Shown here in pieces: positions 9,904 through 19,245 of a stretch of DNA of 64,000 nt. The notes beneath the pieces are model-generated. The model did no database searches. It was not told where the DNA came from and saw only the letters and a program-made list of their open reading frames with translations. Every line of letters starts with the position of its first letter. The stretch's first letter is position 1. Position numbers and translations under genes: made by a program. The DNA is from Candidatus Latescibacterota bacterium (lineage in GTDB: Bacteria; Latescibacterota; UBA2968; UBA8231): assembly GCA_965221775.1 (NCBI GenBank), contig CBDCSU010000006.1, positions 416,001-480,000 on the forward strand, read 5' to 3'.

Positions 9904-10956
9904 TCAGCGGCTCTTGAGCTGTCCCCAGGACTCTCCCTCGACCGCGGTAAGGGCCTTCCCGTAGATCCCGGCGCCGACGACGATCTCGCGGCCGCCTCTG
10001 GCGGTAAAGGACTCGGCGTAGCTGATCTTCGGCGAGCCGGTGTCCTCGTCTCCCTCTACGGCCGGATCGTTGTAGTAGTACTCGACGTAGCCGCCCCCGG
10101 CCCTGGCCGCCGCGATGAGGGCTTCCACCATCCGGAACCCGTTGATGTCCTCGGAGTCGAGCACGTTCCGGGCTTCAAGGGTCCGGTCCGCGCCGTGGAA
10201 GATCACGTATCCGTTGGTAGTGAAGATGAACAGGTAGATGGAACCATGCCGCCAGTCTCCTTCTTCCGCCCGGAAGACGTTCAGGATATCCCGGTAGCGC
10301 TCGGCGCCATGCTCCTGCACGGCGGTGACATAGGCCTGAAGCCCCCCGATCACGAAGAGCCGGAGGCTCTCCAGGTCCTTGACGTCGGCGGCCGTCACCT
10401 CCGGACGGGGGATGAGGGAGAGGTCGTATACGGGCGGCGGGACATCCGACAGATCCCGATAGTATCCACCGACGAGGATGACCGTGTTGCCGTAGGCCGA
10501 GCCGGAGAACTGGGTGGCATAGGCGATCTTGGGAGTCTCCTCGTCGCCTTCCTGCGCGGGATCGTCCCAGTAATACTCGACGTGGCCGCCGGTGCCCGAG
10601 GCGGCGATGAGGTCCTGCACGACCGTGTTCCCACGATCGTCTTCGAGGGCAAAGAGGCTCTTGTCCCCCGCATGCTTATCGTCCGAGTGGAACAGGACGA
10701 TCCCTTCGTCGCTCAGGAAAATGACGTAGGTGTTCCCGTGCTTCCAGTCGCCTTCTTCCGCGAGACTGGAGATGAACGGCGTCAGCAGTTCGTTCCCCTC
10801 GTCTATCTCCTCGATGCGCGATTTCACGCCTTCCACGAAGGCCTTCAGCGTCTCCGCGTCGACGACCTCGCTGGCTTTTGTCTGGGCCATGGACGGCTCC
10901 GCGGTGGGCAGGAGGCTGGCCAGCCCCAGAGTCAGTACTGCGATCATGCGTTGCAT
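9904..10956 (-). CDS. Secreted protein with two tandem single-Cache domains and C-terminal TAVE..SWGQLK tag
   Basis: Signal peptide; two repeats (GDW.HG..Y...G.V.FH...ED..G.......GG.VEYY.DDP...GDE..PKI.YA); no TM or output domain. Confidence 0.8.
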   Translation of the reverse strand: MQRMIAVLTLGLASLLPTAEPSMAQTKASEVVDAETLKAFVEGVKSRIEEIDEGNELLTPFISSLAEEGDWKHGNTYVIFLSDEGIVLFHSDDKHAGDKSLFALEDDRGNTVVQDLIAASGTGGHVEYYWDDPAQEGDEETPKIAYATQFSGSAYGNTVILVGGYYRDLSDVPPPVYDLSLIPRPEVTAADVKDLESLRLFVIGGLQAYVTAVQEHGAERYRDILNVFRAEEGDWRHGSIYLFIFTTNGYVIFHGADRTLEARNVLDSEDINGFRMVEALIAAARAGGGYVEYYYNDPAVEGDEDTGSPKISYAESFTARGGREIVVGAGIYGKALTAVEGESWGQLKSR

Positions 10957-11099
10957 TACGATCCCCCTTGTGAGACGGTTTGCATACTTTGAAGATAGCC
11001 CTCCAACTGCAAAGGGGCACCCCTTGTGTGAACTCCATGGGCGCGGCGGCCCGGTTCACCGCCTCCTTGGCCCCGGCCCTGGACTGAGGGACGGCGGCG

Positions 11100-11254
11100 A
11101 CAGTTCGCCGGGGCCGTACGAGGGTTGGGGTTCCGCCTGCGGCTACCCGGGCGTCGTGCGGCTGGCGGACGGTCGGCTGCTGTGCGTGTTCCACACGGAC
11201 TTCGTCGACGGCGACTGCGAGATCCGCGCCGTCCGCCCGCGGGAGGAGGAGTGA
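11100..11254 (+). pseudogene. 3' remnant of BNR/sialidase-like beta-propeller gene
   Basis: CGYPGVVRLADGRLLCVFHT matches the usual sialidase-family C-terminal blade; stop is coupled (GTGATG) to the next gene; no credible upstream body. Confidence 0.55.
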
Positions 11255-12660
11255 TGCCGCGCGCCATCGATCTGACCGGCTACGGCCTGCCCTACTGGCT
11301 GGACATCGAGCGTCCGCGCTACCCGGCCCTGGACGCCGACACCCGCGCCGACGCGGTGGTCATCGGCGCCGGCATCGCCGGCCTCAAGCTCGCCGACTAC
11401 CTCTCCGAGCAGGGGCTGAGCTGCGTGGTGCTGGAGGCGAAGGGCGTTGGCGAAGGCGCCTCCTCCCGCAACCAGGGCTGCATCGTCACCGGCCTGCCGG
11501 TCTCCTACGCCGACCTCGCCGGCGCCCGTTCCCGCGCCGTGGCCCGCGGCCTCGTCGACCTCTGCCACCACAACCAGGAGCTGCTGGAGCAGCAGATCGA
11601 GCGCCACGGGATCGACTGCGACTACGAGGTCCTCGGCGAGGTCCTGCTGGTGCGGGGCGACGAGGCGGACCACGAGCAGACGCTGGCGGGGCTGCGGCGC
11701 GACGCCGCCATGATGGCGGAGGACGGCTTCGCCGTCGACTGCCCGGACGCGGCGGAGGTGCGCGCCGTCACCGGCAACCCCCTCTTCGCCGGCGGCATCC
11801 GCCACCAGCGCGACGCCCAGTTCCACTCCGGCCGCTTCGTGGTCGGCCTGGGAGCCGCGGTGGCCCGTTCCCCGAGGGTGCGGATCTTCGAGGAGTCGCC
11901 GGTGGAGTCGATCAAGTCGCCGGACGGGGGCGGCGCCCACCGGGTGCGCACGCCGCGCGGCAGCGTGACCGCCGACCACCTGTGCGTGGCCACCAACGCC
12001 CTGGTGCCGCAGCTCCTGCCCGAGCTGACCCCCGCCTTCCGCGCCGAGCGCGGGCAGGTCCTGGTCACCGCGCCCCTGGACGAGCGCCCCTGCCGCGGCT
12101 GCTTCGCCGCCGGCGCCGCGTGGTGGCGCGAGATCCGCGAGGCCGACGGCCGCTACCGCCTGCTCTTCGGCGGCTGCCGCGACCGCGACGAGCCGGACAG
12201 CCTGTTCCCCCAGTACGGGGCCGACGGCCGCCGCAGCGGGCGCATCGCCGGCGCCGGCTTCCGCCCCACGGTGGCCCACCAGCGCCGCATCCACGCGCGC
12301 CTCGGCGAGATCTTCCCCCACCTGGCCGACGCGCCCGTGACCCACCGGTGGGGCGGCCTGCAGTCGTTCACCTTCGACGGCCTGCCCGCCATCGGCCTCT
12401 TCGACCCGGAGCGCCGCGTCCACGGCATGGCCGGGTTCTCGGGGTACGGCAACTCCTACAGCAACGTGGGGGCCGCCCACCTGGCGGCGCGCATCTCGGG
12501 GGCCGGCGATGGCCTGGCACCGCCCTTCGCGGAGAGCCTGAAGCTGCTGATGGCCCCGGCGCGCCCCGGCTCCCGCTGGCCCGGCGGCGAGCCGACCCGG
12601 GCGCGCTGCGACTCCCTCGCCGGCCAGCGCGGGAGCGGGGAGTCGCCGGACCGGCAGTGA
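11254..12660 (+). CDS. FAD-dependent oxidoreductase, DAO/PuuB-like family
   Basis: GAGIAG, GASSRNQG, ATNA, WGG..FTFDGLPAIG, GFSGYG; GGAGGAG RBS. Confidence 0.88.
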   Translation: MPRAIDLTGYGLPYWLDIERPRYPALDADTRADAVVIGAGIAGLKLADYLSEQGLSCVVLEAKGVGEGASSRNQGCIVTGLPVSYADLAGARSRAVARGLVDLCHHNQELLEQQIERHGIDCDYEVLGEVLLVRGDEADHEQTLAGLRRDAAMMAEDGFAVDCPDAAEVRAVTGNPLFAGGIRHQRDAQFHSGRFVVGLGAAVARSPRVRIFEESPVESIKSPDGGGAHRVRTPRGSVTADHLCVATNALVPQLLPELTPAFRAERGQVLVTAPLDERPCRGCFAAGAAWWREIREADGRYRLLFGGCRDRDEPDSLFPQYGADGRRSGRIAGAGFRPTVAHQRRIHARLGEIFPHLADAPVTHRWGGLQSFTFDGLPAIGLFDPERRVHGMAGFSGYGNSYSNVGAAHLAARISGAGDGLAPPFAESLKLLMAPARPGSRWPGGEPTRARCDSLAGQRGSGESPDRQ

Positions 12661-12707
12661 ACAGCCGCCGGCCAGCGGGAGACCGCCCCCCGACAGGAGC
12701 CTGAAGA

Positions 12708-12826
12708 ATGGCGACGAGTCCGGATTCCGCAGAGTTGCGCGGCGTCGACAGCGGCGCCGTGATCAGGGGCGTGGTGACGCTCCTGTTCACGCCGTTCACC
12801 GACGACGGCAAGCGGTTCGACGCCGC
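12708..12826 (+). pseudogene. 5' remnant of dihydrodipicolinate-synthase-family (DapA/NanA) gene
   Basis: AGGAG RBS then IRGVVTLLFTPFTDDGKRFD (DHDPS N-terminal G....TPF..DG..D); similarity stops abruptly. Confidence 0.6.
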
Positions 12827-12890
12827 GATGACCTCGCCGCTTCGGGCCGACTCGTACCCCGCCTGCACGATGGCCAGGCTCCGGCCCTTC
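12826..12890 (-). pseudogene. 3' remnant resembling a Gfo/Idh/MocA oxidoreductase C-terminus
   Basis: Minus frame reads GRSLAIVQAGYESARSGEVI, the typical terminal helix of this family. Confidence 0.45.
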
Positions 12891-14274
12891 AGCGGCCGAA
12901 GGGCTTTCTCAACTGCGTCTGCACCAGCCGCTCCAGGGTCCGCAGCCGCAGGGCCGTCTCGATCTCCGCCACCTCGGGCCTGCCGGCGAGATTCCGCCTC
13001 TCCTCCGGGTCCTCCCGCACGTCGAACAGGAGGTAGACCTCCCCCTCCGCGTTGATCGCCGCCTTCCACTCGCGGTCGAGCAGCATGATCTCGCCGTCGA
13101 TCTCGGAGATGGCGAAGTCGCGGTGCGTCGTCCCCGGCTCTTCCAGCACCCCGCACAACGACTGCCCGAACTGGCGGTGCGCCAGCTCGCCGCCGGCCAT
13201 CTCCACGAGGGTCGGGCCGATGTCGATCCACTCCACCGGGCTGTCACAGACGCTCCCCGCGTGGGTGCTGTCAGGGGTCCTCACCAACAGCGGGATGCGC
13301 ACGGCTCCGTCGAGGAAGTTGCTCTTGTAGAGGAGGCCGTGGTCGCCGTTCATCTCGCCGTGGTCGGATGTGTGGACGATGACCGTGTCGTCCAGCTCGC
13401 CTCGCGCCTCGACCGCGTCGAGGATCTCGCCGATCTGGTCGTCGATGAGGGTGACGTTGCCGGCGTAGTCGGCGCGGAGTCTGCCGACCTCGCCCGGCTC
13501 GAAGGCCGGGTTCAACCGCTCCATGAGTCGGTCCAGCTGTCCGCGGGGGCGCTCGCCGGCCGGTGGGCGCGGGATCGCCGGCGGCATCTCCTCCGGGTCG
13601 TACATGCTGGCGTACGGTTCCGGTGTGTCCCACGGCTCATGGGGTCCGCCGAAGCTGACCCAGCAGCACCACGGCTCCGGCCGGTCGTAGCCCTGGAGGT
13701 ACCGCTTCGCCTGCTGTCCCACATAGACGTCGGCGTAGTCCTCCAGCCCCAGGGTCGACGGGCGCACGAGATGCGGTTTGGTGCGGAACCGCTCGCGGTA
13801 GTCGGCGCGGTAGTCATCCCACAGCCCCTTCGCCTCCCATCCGGCCGTCATGTGCGACAGCACCTGGGCGCTGGCCCGGGGACCGCCGATCTCGTCCACG
13901 TCGTCCAGCCCGCAGGCGTGCATCAGGCCCTCGCCCTCGCGCAGGTCGCCCTGGTGCGGGTGGAGGTGGGTCTTGCCGAAGAGGCTGGTACGGTAACCGG
14001 CGCCGCGCACCGCCTGCATCCACGTCGGCGCGTCGGCGGGCATCCGGTGCTGCATGTTGTTCCAGACGCCGGTGTTGTGTGGATACAGGCCCGTGGCCAG
14101 GCTGAGGCGCGTGGGGATGCAGACCGGGGAGGTGGCGACGCAGTTGGTGAAGCGGACCCCTTCCGCGGCGATGCGGTCCAGGTTCGGGGTCCGCACCCAG
14201 CCGCCGCTGCAGCCCATGGCGTCCCAGCGCTGCTGGTCCGTCATCAGAAGCAGGATGTTGGGGGGCTTGGTCAT
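12889..14274 (-). CDS. Sulfatase (formylglycine-dependent, Cys-type)
   Basis: PNILLLMTDQQR, CIPTR (CxPxR), GKTH, PHEPW, SDHGEM. Confidence 0.93.
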   Translation of the reverse strand: MTKPPNILLLMTDQQRWDAMGCSGGWVRTPNLDRIAAEGVRFTNCVATSPVCIPTRLSLATGLYPHNTGVWNNMQHRMPADAPTWMQAVRGAGYRTSLFGKTHLHPHQGDLREGEGLMHACGLDDVDEIGGPRASAQVLSHMTAGWEAKGLWDDYRADYRERFRTKPHLVRPSTLGLEDYADVYVGQQAKRYLQGYDRPEPWCCWVSFGGPHEPWDTPEPYASMYDPEEMPPAIPRPPAGERPRGQLDRLMERLNPAFEPGEVGRLRADYAGNVTLIDDQIGEILDAVEARGELDDTVIVHTSDHGEMNGDHGLLYKSNFLDGAVRIPLLVRTPDSTHAGSVCDSPVEWIDIGPTLVEMAGGELAHRQFGQSLCGVLEEPGTTHRDFAISEIDGEIMLLDREWKAAINAEGEVYLLFDVREDPEERRNLAGRPEVAEIETALRLRTLERLVQTQLRKPFGR

Positions 14275-14332
14275 GGCCCGGTCAAGGTAGGGCGGTTTGT
14301 CCGGTGGATCGACGGCCCTATCTTGGGCCCCC

Positions 14333-15634
14333 ATGGCACGCGGAGACATCCTTCCATCGGAGAGGCGCGAGTTCACCCAGCCGGAGACCGGCGTCCGCGC
14401 CATCCAGCTCACCAGCGCGGCCTGCGCCAACGTCAACGCCTACTACAACTACGAGCAGTTCATCGGCGACAGTCTGGTCTTCTACTCCGACCGCAGCGGC
14501 GTGCGGCAGATCTACAAGGTGGAGATCGACTCGGGGAAGATCGTCCAGCTCACCGACGCCCCGGTCGATGTCGGCAACTTCGCCGCCGTGCCGGACCTGG
14601 GCCGGGTCTACTACGCCTGCGGCGACGAGGTGCGGGCCGTGGACGCGGAGACCCTGAGCGACGAGCCGGTGGCCGGCCGCCTGCCGGGCTGCGGACGGCC
14701 GGGGCTGGAGGACGTCTCCTCCTGCGGGCGCTATCTCGTGCTCAGCGCCCGGCCGGAGCGGGTGGTCGCCGAGACCAGCCCGGAGACCTCCTTTCGCATC
14801 GGCAGCGAGAACCGCGTCGTCCTGTGCGACGCCGAGCGGGGCGAGCAGGCCGTGGTCTACGAGGGGCCCTCGACGGAGGCGCCGGCGGCCGCCGACAGCC
14901 ATCTCTTCATCAGCCGCGACGACCCCTCCTACGTCTGGTGGGGCAGCTATACCCGCCTGCCGCCGGCGGGCTTCAAGACCGCCTGGGCCCTCGAGTGCGA
15001 CACCGACGTCCTGGCGGCGCGCCGCCACCCCCGGCCCCTCTTCAACCAGCAGCCCTGGGAGTTCATCAACCACTACTACCCGGCCCCGGACGCCCACGCC
15101 GAGATGCTCCTCTACCAGTACTCCGGGTACGAGCGCGACGGCATGCCCCTGGCCGACCTGTGGAAGGGGTTCGTCAGCCGCAAGGGCGAGTACCTCGGCT
15201 TCATGCTCGACGCCGATCTGCGGACCGGGACGGCGCGCCGCTGGCTGTTCCCCGGTCAGCCGCCGCTGCACTTCCAGCGCAACAAGGCCGGCGACCTGTG
15301 GGCGGGCGACTGCGCCGACCCGGGGTTCCTGTGGTTCGAGGGGCGCCGGGACGAGGCGCGCCGCCTCGAGGAGGTCGATCCCGAGGGCTGTCCCCCCCTC
15401 CCGGAGAACCACGACTACCACTGGCTGGGATCGGGCGCCTGGATCGGCGTCTTCCAGAAGCGCGGCGCCTTCCTCGAAATGCGGCCCCTGGTGCGCCACG
15501 GCACGCAGTGGGCCCATGTCCATCCCCATCCCTCGTTCTCGCCGGACGGCCGCTGGATCGTCTATGCCTCGGGGGACCGGACGCAGTCGCAGGTCTTCGT
15601 GGCCGAGGCCGTCTGGCCCCGCTGGTTCGCCTGA
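14333..15634 (+). CDS. Oligogalacturonate-lyase-like / TolB-like beta-propeller protein
   Basis: MARG...TGV...QLT N-terminus, YYNY, HPHPSFSPDGRWIVYAS C-terminus typical of the Ogl family. Confidence 0.7.
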   Translation: MARGDILPSERREFTQPETGVRAIQLTSAACANVNAYYNYEQFIGDSLVFYSDRSGVRQIYKVEIDSGKIVQLTDAPVDVGNFAAVPDLGRVYYACGDEVRAVDAETLSDEPVAGRLPGCGRPGLEDVSSCGRYLVLSARPERVVAETSPETSFRIGSENRVVLCDAERGEQAVVYEGPSTEAPAAADSHLFISRDDPSYVWWGSYTRLPPAGFKTAWALECDTDVLAARRHPRPLFNQQPWEFINHYYPAPDAHAEMLLYQYSGYERDGMPLADLWKGFVSRKGEYLGFMLDADLRTGTARRWLFPGQPPLHFQRNKAGDLWAGDCADPGFLWFEGRRDEARRLEEVDPEGCPPLPENHDYHWLGSGAWIGVFQKRGAFLEMRPLVRHGTQWAHVHPHPSFSPDGRWIVYASGDRTQSQVFVAEAVWPRWFA

Positions 15635-15666
15635 CGCTGCCGCCGCCGGCGCGGCCCGGGTGACGC

Positions 15667-16320
15667 ATGCCCTTCGAGATCGCCGCCGATCCCGGCACCG
15701 ACTACCGCGAGCTGGTCCGAACCGCCTATGACCGCTGCGCCGATGCTTATGCCGGACAGCGGCGCGCCACGGCCGGCCCCGAGCTGGGCTGGATCACCGG
15801 CCGCCTGACGGCGGGTTCGAAGATCCTCGACGTCGGCTGCGGCGCCGGTGTTCCGGTGGCGCGGCAGCTGGCGACCTCCTTCCGCGTCACCGGCATCGAC
15901 ATCTCCGCGAAGATGACCGCCCTGGCCAGGAGAAACGTCCCGGCCGCCAGGTTCGTCACCGCCGACGCCACGGAGATCGAGTTCCCTGCCGGCGGCTTCG
16001 ATGCGATCGTCAGCTTCTACGCCATCTTCCACGTGCCGAGGGAGGACCACCCGGACCTCTTTCGAGGCTTCGCCCGGTGGCTGCGGCCCGGCGGACTCCT
16101 GCTGCTCACCGTCGCCGCCAAGGACGACGGCCCCGGATACACCGAGGACGGCTTCTTCGGCCAGACCATGTACTGGAGCAACTTCGGCCCCGAGAGGTAC
16201 CGGCGGTTGCTGGCCGAGACGGGATTCCGGATCGAGCGGGAAGGCGTGGTGGGCGGCGGCTTTGCCGGCGCCGAGGCGGACGAGGAGATCCATCCGATAC
16301 TTCTTGCCGGGCGACTGTAA
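15667..16320 (+). CDS. Class I SAM-dependent methyltransferase
   Basis: ILDVGCGAG, GIDIS, YAIFHVP, WLRPGG. Confidence 0.9.
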   Translation: MPFEIAADPGTDYRELVRTAYDRCADAYAGQRRATAGPELGWITGRLTAGSKILDVGCGAGVPVARQLATSFRVTGIDISAKMTALARRNVPAARFVTADATEIEFPAGGFDAIVSFYAIFHVPREDHPDLFRGFARWLRPGGLLLLTVAAKDDGPGYTEDGFFGQTMYWSNFGPERYRRLLAETGFRIEREGVVGGGFAGAEADEEIHPILLAGRL

Positions 16321-16337
16321 CCGAGAGGAGAGAGTCA

Positions 16338-17270
16338 ATGGAGCGTCGACCGATGGCCGGCATGCCCGAGGGCGTGTCGGTGATCACCCTGGGGACCATG
16401 CTCTTCGGCCGGCCCGTGCCGCGGGCGGACGCCATGGACCTGGTGCACGCGGCCCTCGACCTGGGCGTGAACCTCTTCGACACGGCCGACATCTACGAGG
16501 GCTACGACCGCTTCCTGGGCTCGCCCGGAGGCGTGGCCGAGACGATCCTCGGCGAGGCCCTGCGCGGGCGGCGGGACCGGGCCTGGATCACCACCAAGGT
16601 GGGCAACCCCGTCGGCAGCGGCCCCGCCGGAGACCATCCCGCCGGCGCCGACTACTCGGGGACCGGGCTGGGGCCGGCCCACGTGGGGCAGCAGATCGAC
16701 GCCAGCCTGCGCCGCCTGCAGACCGACTACGTGGACTACTACCTGCTGCACATCGCCGACGCGGAGACGCCGCTGGAGGAAACCCTCGCCGCCGTCGACC
16801 GGCTGATCACCGCCGGCAAGGTGCGGCACTGGGGGTTCTCCAACTTCGACGCGGACCAGATCGAGACGATGCTCAGCTTGTCCCGCGACGGTGCCGCCCC
16901 GCCGCCGGTGATGGCCCAGCCCCAGTACAACTGGCTGGAGCGGGATCTCGAGTCCGGGTACCTGCCCGTCTGTCAGCGGGCCGGCATCGCCATCACCCCC
17001 TACCGGCCGCTGGCGGGAGGCCTGCTGAGCGGCAAGTACCGGCGAGACAGCGCGCCCCCCGCCGGCAGCCGCGCCTCGGAGTCGGCCTGGATCGACGAGG
17101 GCGAGATCCCCTACCAGGAGCTGGAGCCGTTCCACGACGAGGCCGCCGCCGCCGGTGTCCCGCCGACCTGCTACGCCCTCCGCTGGCTGCTCTCCCGGGA
17201 GGGGGTCACGTCGGTGGTGGCGGGGGTCAAGTCGCCGGCGCAACTCCAGGAGCTGGCGGCGTGCGCGTAG
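16338..17270 (+). CDS. Aldo/keto reductase
   Basis: LGTM, FDTADIY, TKVG, SLRRLQTDYVDYYLLH, GKVRHWGFSN, PLAGGLLSGKY. Confidence 0.92.
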   Translation: MERRPMAGMPEGVSVITLGTMLFGRPVPRADAMDLVHAALDLGVNLFDTADIYEGYDRFLGSPGGVAETILGEALRGRRDRAWITTKVGNPVGSGPAGDHPAGADYSGTGLGPAHVGQQIDASLRRLQTDYVDYYLLHIADAETPLEETLAAVDRLITAGKVRHWGFSNFDADQIETMLSLSRDGAAPPPVMAQPQYNWLERDLESGYLPVCQRAGIAITPYRPLAGGLLSGKYRRDSAPPAGSRASESAWIDEGEIPYQELEPFHDEAAAAGVPPTCYALRWLLSREGVTSVVAGVKSPAQLQELAACA

Positions 17271-18232
17271 ACTGCCAGACCCACGTCTTCCCCGCCGGGT
17301 ACGCGGAAGTGCTGGCGGGGAATCCCGAGTGGCCGCGGACCGTGATCGAGGGCGGCCGCTACGTCCTCACCTACGGCGACGCCCAGACCTTCGTCATGGA
17401 GGCCGAGGCGTACAGCATCGAGCGCAAGCTGCGCGACATGGACTCGGCCCGCGTCGACGTGAGCGCCATCAGCGTCAACATGCCCGGGCCGGAGAACCTG
17501 GCGGCGGAGCTGGCCGTGCCCGCCGCCCGCGCCGCCAACGACGCCCTGGCCGAAGCGGCGGCGAGCCATCCCGACCGCTTCGTCGGCCTCGCCTGCCTTC
17601 CCTGGCAGGACCCGGCGGAGGCCCTGGCCGAGCTGGAGCGCGCCGTCGTCAGCCTCGGCCACCGGGGGGTCATGCTCTACTCGCACATCGCCGGCGGCGC
17701 GGTGGACGCCCCGGCCCTGGACCCGCTCTACGCGCGTATCGCCGAGCTGGGGGTGCCCTTGGTCCTGCATCCCAGCGTCCCCACCTGGGGCGGCGCCATC
17801 AAGCAGTACTCCATGATCCCCATGGCGGGCCTCATGGTGCACCAGAGCTTCGCCACCCTGCGGTTGATCCTCGGCGGCGTCCTCGAGCGCCATCCCCGCC
17901 TCAAGGTGGTGCAGCCCCACTGCGGCGGCGTGCTGCCCTACCTGTGGGGGCGGGTCGAGCACCAGACCGGCACCATGGGCCGCGGCCGGGAGAACATCAG
18001 CCAGCCCGTGGGCGCCTACTACGACCGCGTCTACCTGGACGTCGTCTCCCCCTCGCCGCTGGCGCTGCAACTGGCGTACGACTTCGCCGGCAGCAGCCGC
18101 CTGCTCTTCGCCAGCGACCACCCGTGGGTGGAGATCGAGGTGCTTAGCCGGCTGGTTGAGGAGCTGGAGATTCCCGGCGACGAGAAGGACAGGATCTTCG
18201 GCGGCAACGCCCGCGCCCTCTTCGGCCTCTGA
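17261..18232 (+). CDS. Amidohydrolase family 2 (ACMSD/LigW-like decarboxylase/hydrolase)
   Basis: DCQTH, NDALAE...HPDRF, LHP, PHCGG, FASDHPW, GGNARALF; GTG start overlapping AKR end. Confidence 0.85.
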   Translation: MRVDCQTHVFPAGYAEVLAGNPEWPRTVIEGGRYVLTYGDAQTFVMEAEAYSIERKLRDMDSARVDVSAISVNMPGPENLAAELAVPAARAANDALAEAAASHPDRFVGLACLPWQDPAEALAELERAVVSLGHRGVMLYSHIAGGAVDAPALDPLYARIAELGVPLVLHPSVPTWGGAIKQYSMIPMAGLMVHQSFATLRLILGGVLERHPRLKVVQPHCGGVLPYLWGRVEHQTGTMGRGRENISQPVGAYYDRVYLDVVSPSPLALQLAYDFAGSSRLLFASDHPWVEIEVLSRLVEELEIPGDEKDRIFGGNARALFGL

Positions 18233-19245
18233 TGCATATCCAGGACCAGCTCACCATCGACCAGCTCGACGACGGGCGCCTGGACTTCTTCCGCGCCATC
18301 GGGGTCGACTGCATCCATCTGGATCTGCGCGGGGGCAGGCCCCGCCCCGGGCGCCGTGGAGGCACCGGGTCGGCGAACACGTCGCTGGCCCAGGAGCTGC
18401 GGGCCGGCAGGGACTGCACCGACGCCCTGGCGCAGGCGCGGGAGCAGGTCGAGGCCCGCGGCATGAAGCTGAACAACATCTTCATGCCCGCCTGGGAGGA
18501 GATCACCCTCGCCGAGGCGCAGATGGACGAGAACATCGGCCACTGGTGCGATATGCTGGGGTGCGTCGGCCGCGCCGGCATTCCCTGGGTGGGCTGGAAC
18601 TTCAAGCCCATGGGCAACTTCCGCACCCCCTCGGACACCGGCCGGGGCGGCGTGAGCTACAGCACCTTCGACTACGCCGTCTTCGACGCGGACCGCCCCG
18701 AGCCCCACGAGCCCCCGGTGGACGAGGCGCAGATGTGGGAGCGCATGGAGCGGTTCCTGGCGGCGGCGGTCCCCGCGGCGGAGAAGGCGGGGGTGCGCCT
18801 GGCCCTGCACCCGGACGACCCGCCGATCCCCGAGCCGCTGGCGGGCGTGGCGCAGATCTGCTCCACCCTGGAGCAGTTCCGCCGGATCTTCTTCGACATC
18901 GCCCCGAGCCCCAGCAACTGCATGCTGTTCTGCCAGGGCTGCATGACCGAGCTGCTGGGGCCGGAGAAGGTCTACGGCGCCATCGCCGAGATGGCCTCGC
19001 AGGGGAAGATCGGCTGGGTCCACTTCCGCAACGTGCGGGGCCAGTTGCCCCGGTTCACCGAGGTCTTCCTGGACGAGGGCGAGGTCGACATGCGGCGGGC
19101 CATGGAGGTCTACCGGGACAACGGCTTCGACGGGCCGTACATGATGGACCACACGACTTCCTTCCCGCACGGGTACGGCGCCCTGTACGGCAAGGCCTAC
19201 GCCATCGGTTACATCCGGGCGCTGATTCAGACGGTGTACGGGTGA
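18232..19245 (+). CDS. uxuA: Mannonate dehydratase (UxuA) family
   Basis: WNFKP, AEKAGVRLALHPDDPP, FCQGC, VHFRNVRG, EVFLDEG, DH, AYAIGYIRAL. Confidence 0.82.
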   Translation: MHIQDQLTIDQLDDGRLDFFRAIGVDCIHLDLRGGRPRPGRRGGTGSANTSLAQELRAGRDCTDALAQAREQVEARGMKLNNIFMPAWEEITLAEAQMDENIGHWCDMLGCVGRAGIPWVGWNFKPMGNFRTPSDTGRGGVSYSTFDYAVFDADRPEPHEPPVDEAQMWERMERFLAAAVPAAEKAGVRLALHPDDPPIPEPLAGVAQICSTLEQFRRIFFDIAPSPSNCMLFCQGCMTELLGPEKVYGAIAEMASQGKIGWVHFRNVRGQLPRFTEVFLDEGEVDMRRAMEVYRDNGFDGPYMMDHTTSFPHGYGALYGKAYAIGYIRALIQTVYG

